Assembly (NCBI GenBank): GCA_963771465.1
Contig: CAVYTU010000013.1
Span: 256,001 to 320,000 of the forward strand
DNA length: 64,000 nucleotides
Direction: 5' to 3'
DNA from: an uncultured delta proteobacterium
GTDB taxonomy: Bacteria > Desulfobacterota > Binatia > UBA9968
Below the pieces are notes generated by a model, which did not search any database, was not told the DNA's origin, and saw only the letters and a list, made by a program, of their open reading frames with translations. Below, piece by piece: positions 63,214 to 64,000 of this stretch (position 1 is the first letter of the stretch; every line of letters starts with the position of its first letter). The position numbers and the translations under genes were made by a program.

Positions 63214-64000
63214 TTACGCTGCTTTGGGTTGAGGAATTTCCTCTGGCCACGCCTCGATGTAAACCGGCTCGGGCGGAAAGCCGAGCACATTTAAGTATAG
63301 GTATTCGCGCCAAGCGGGAAACTTGCTGACGTTTTCAAGGGGGACATTGAAGTGCCGGCGCAGAAAATCCCGGCGCGGCGGATCAAAGATGGTTCGGGAG
63401 TTGCTGTTCAGCGCCTTGGCATCGATCTCGGCGATCTTACGCCTGATCGGTCCCTCGCCGTACTCCTCGATCAACTGCCACACATAGTCGTGTAGCTTCT
63501 GCAAGATTGCGTCGTGGTGGCCGCGCTCTTCCGCGTGCACGACCCGCTCCTCGAAATCGAGCACCTTGGGAGTGGTAATCAGGATGCTTTGTATCGTTGC
63601 CGCCGTGCAGTGGCCGTAGGGCCAGAGATTGCCGGCGATGAGATAGCTCAGAAAGTCGCGCTGCATCAAGTCCAGGTGGTCGACGCGCGGCGTGAGCCCA
63701 TGCTGGCGCTCAAATTCTGGATCCGGTTGGGCGTGATCCCGACCCGGATTCAGAGTATTGCCCTGTCGTATGTAACCCCAGCCATGGCCGGCCTCGGTGC
63801 GGATATGATCGGCGAGTAGAAAACGCCACTCGTAGTCCATGTCGAAGTGAGAGTAGGCATAACAAGCGGTGCCGACGATGGTCTTGAGCTCGCCCCGGCC
63901 GCGATAAGCAAGCCATCTGCCGAGCAGCTCGCGCTCGGCGGCGTCCTTGGGTTCGCGCTTCTGTGAGTTCCGCTTGCTGCGGAAATCCTCAATCCATTCG
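63214..64000 (-). CDS. Ferritin-like-fold hypothetical protein, 5'-partial (apparent frameshift near 63930)
   Basis: LADHIRTEAGHGWGY, NLWPYGHCTAAT and HAEERGHH shared with 60976-61818. Confidence 0.65.
   Translation of the reverse strand, partial: EWIEDFRSKRNSQKREPKDAAERELLGRWLAYRGRGELKTIVGTACYAYSHFDMDYEWRFLLADHIRTEAGHGWGYIRQGNTLNPGRDHAQPDPEFERQHGLTPRVDHLDLMQRDFLSYLIAGNLWPYGHCTAATIQSILITTPKVLDFEERVVHAEERGHHDAILQKLHDYVWQLIEEYGEGPIRRKIAEIDAKALNSNSRTIFDPPRRDFLRRHFNVPLENVSKFPAWREYLYLNVLGFPPEPVYIEAWPEEIPQPKAA

Overview
GC-rich bacterial DNA. The many orphan solute-binding proteins, amidohydrolase, LLM oxidoreductase and cupins resemble Binatota/'Deltaproteobacteria' genomes (inference). The window has three parts. 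(1) 1-13.2 kb: catabolic and transport genes. (2) About 13.2-43.7 kb, minus strand: a complete-looking extracellular contractile injection system (eCIS, Afp/PVC-like). It has an enhancer-binding regulator, one sheath, one tube, DUF4255 cap, AAA ATPase, an internal cargo cassette, spike, baseplate, a DUF6519 fibre and a trailing glycosyltransferase. The cassette holds two DUF4157 proteins (one with a transglutaminase-like Cys-His-Asn domain, one with annexin repeats plus a lethal-factor-like HExxH protease), an ABBA-prenyltransferase-like gene and a CpXC gene. (3) 44-64 kb: cupins, a Dpp/Opp ABC system, a dehydrogenase/class II aldolase pair and duplicated ferritin-like + binding-protein units. 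The main unexplained signal is two diverged copies of a ~237-nt noncoding element (14515-14751 and 41785-42021) that bracket the eCIS structural operon. They show long nested stems, compensatory changes and invariant loops, consistent with an eCIS-associated structured RNA. At least eight genes carry single-base frameshifts, probably assembly indel errors. All calls are by eye from motifs and synteny; no searches were run.
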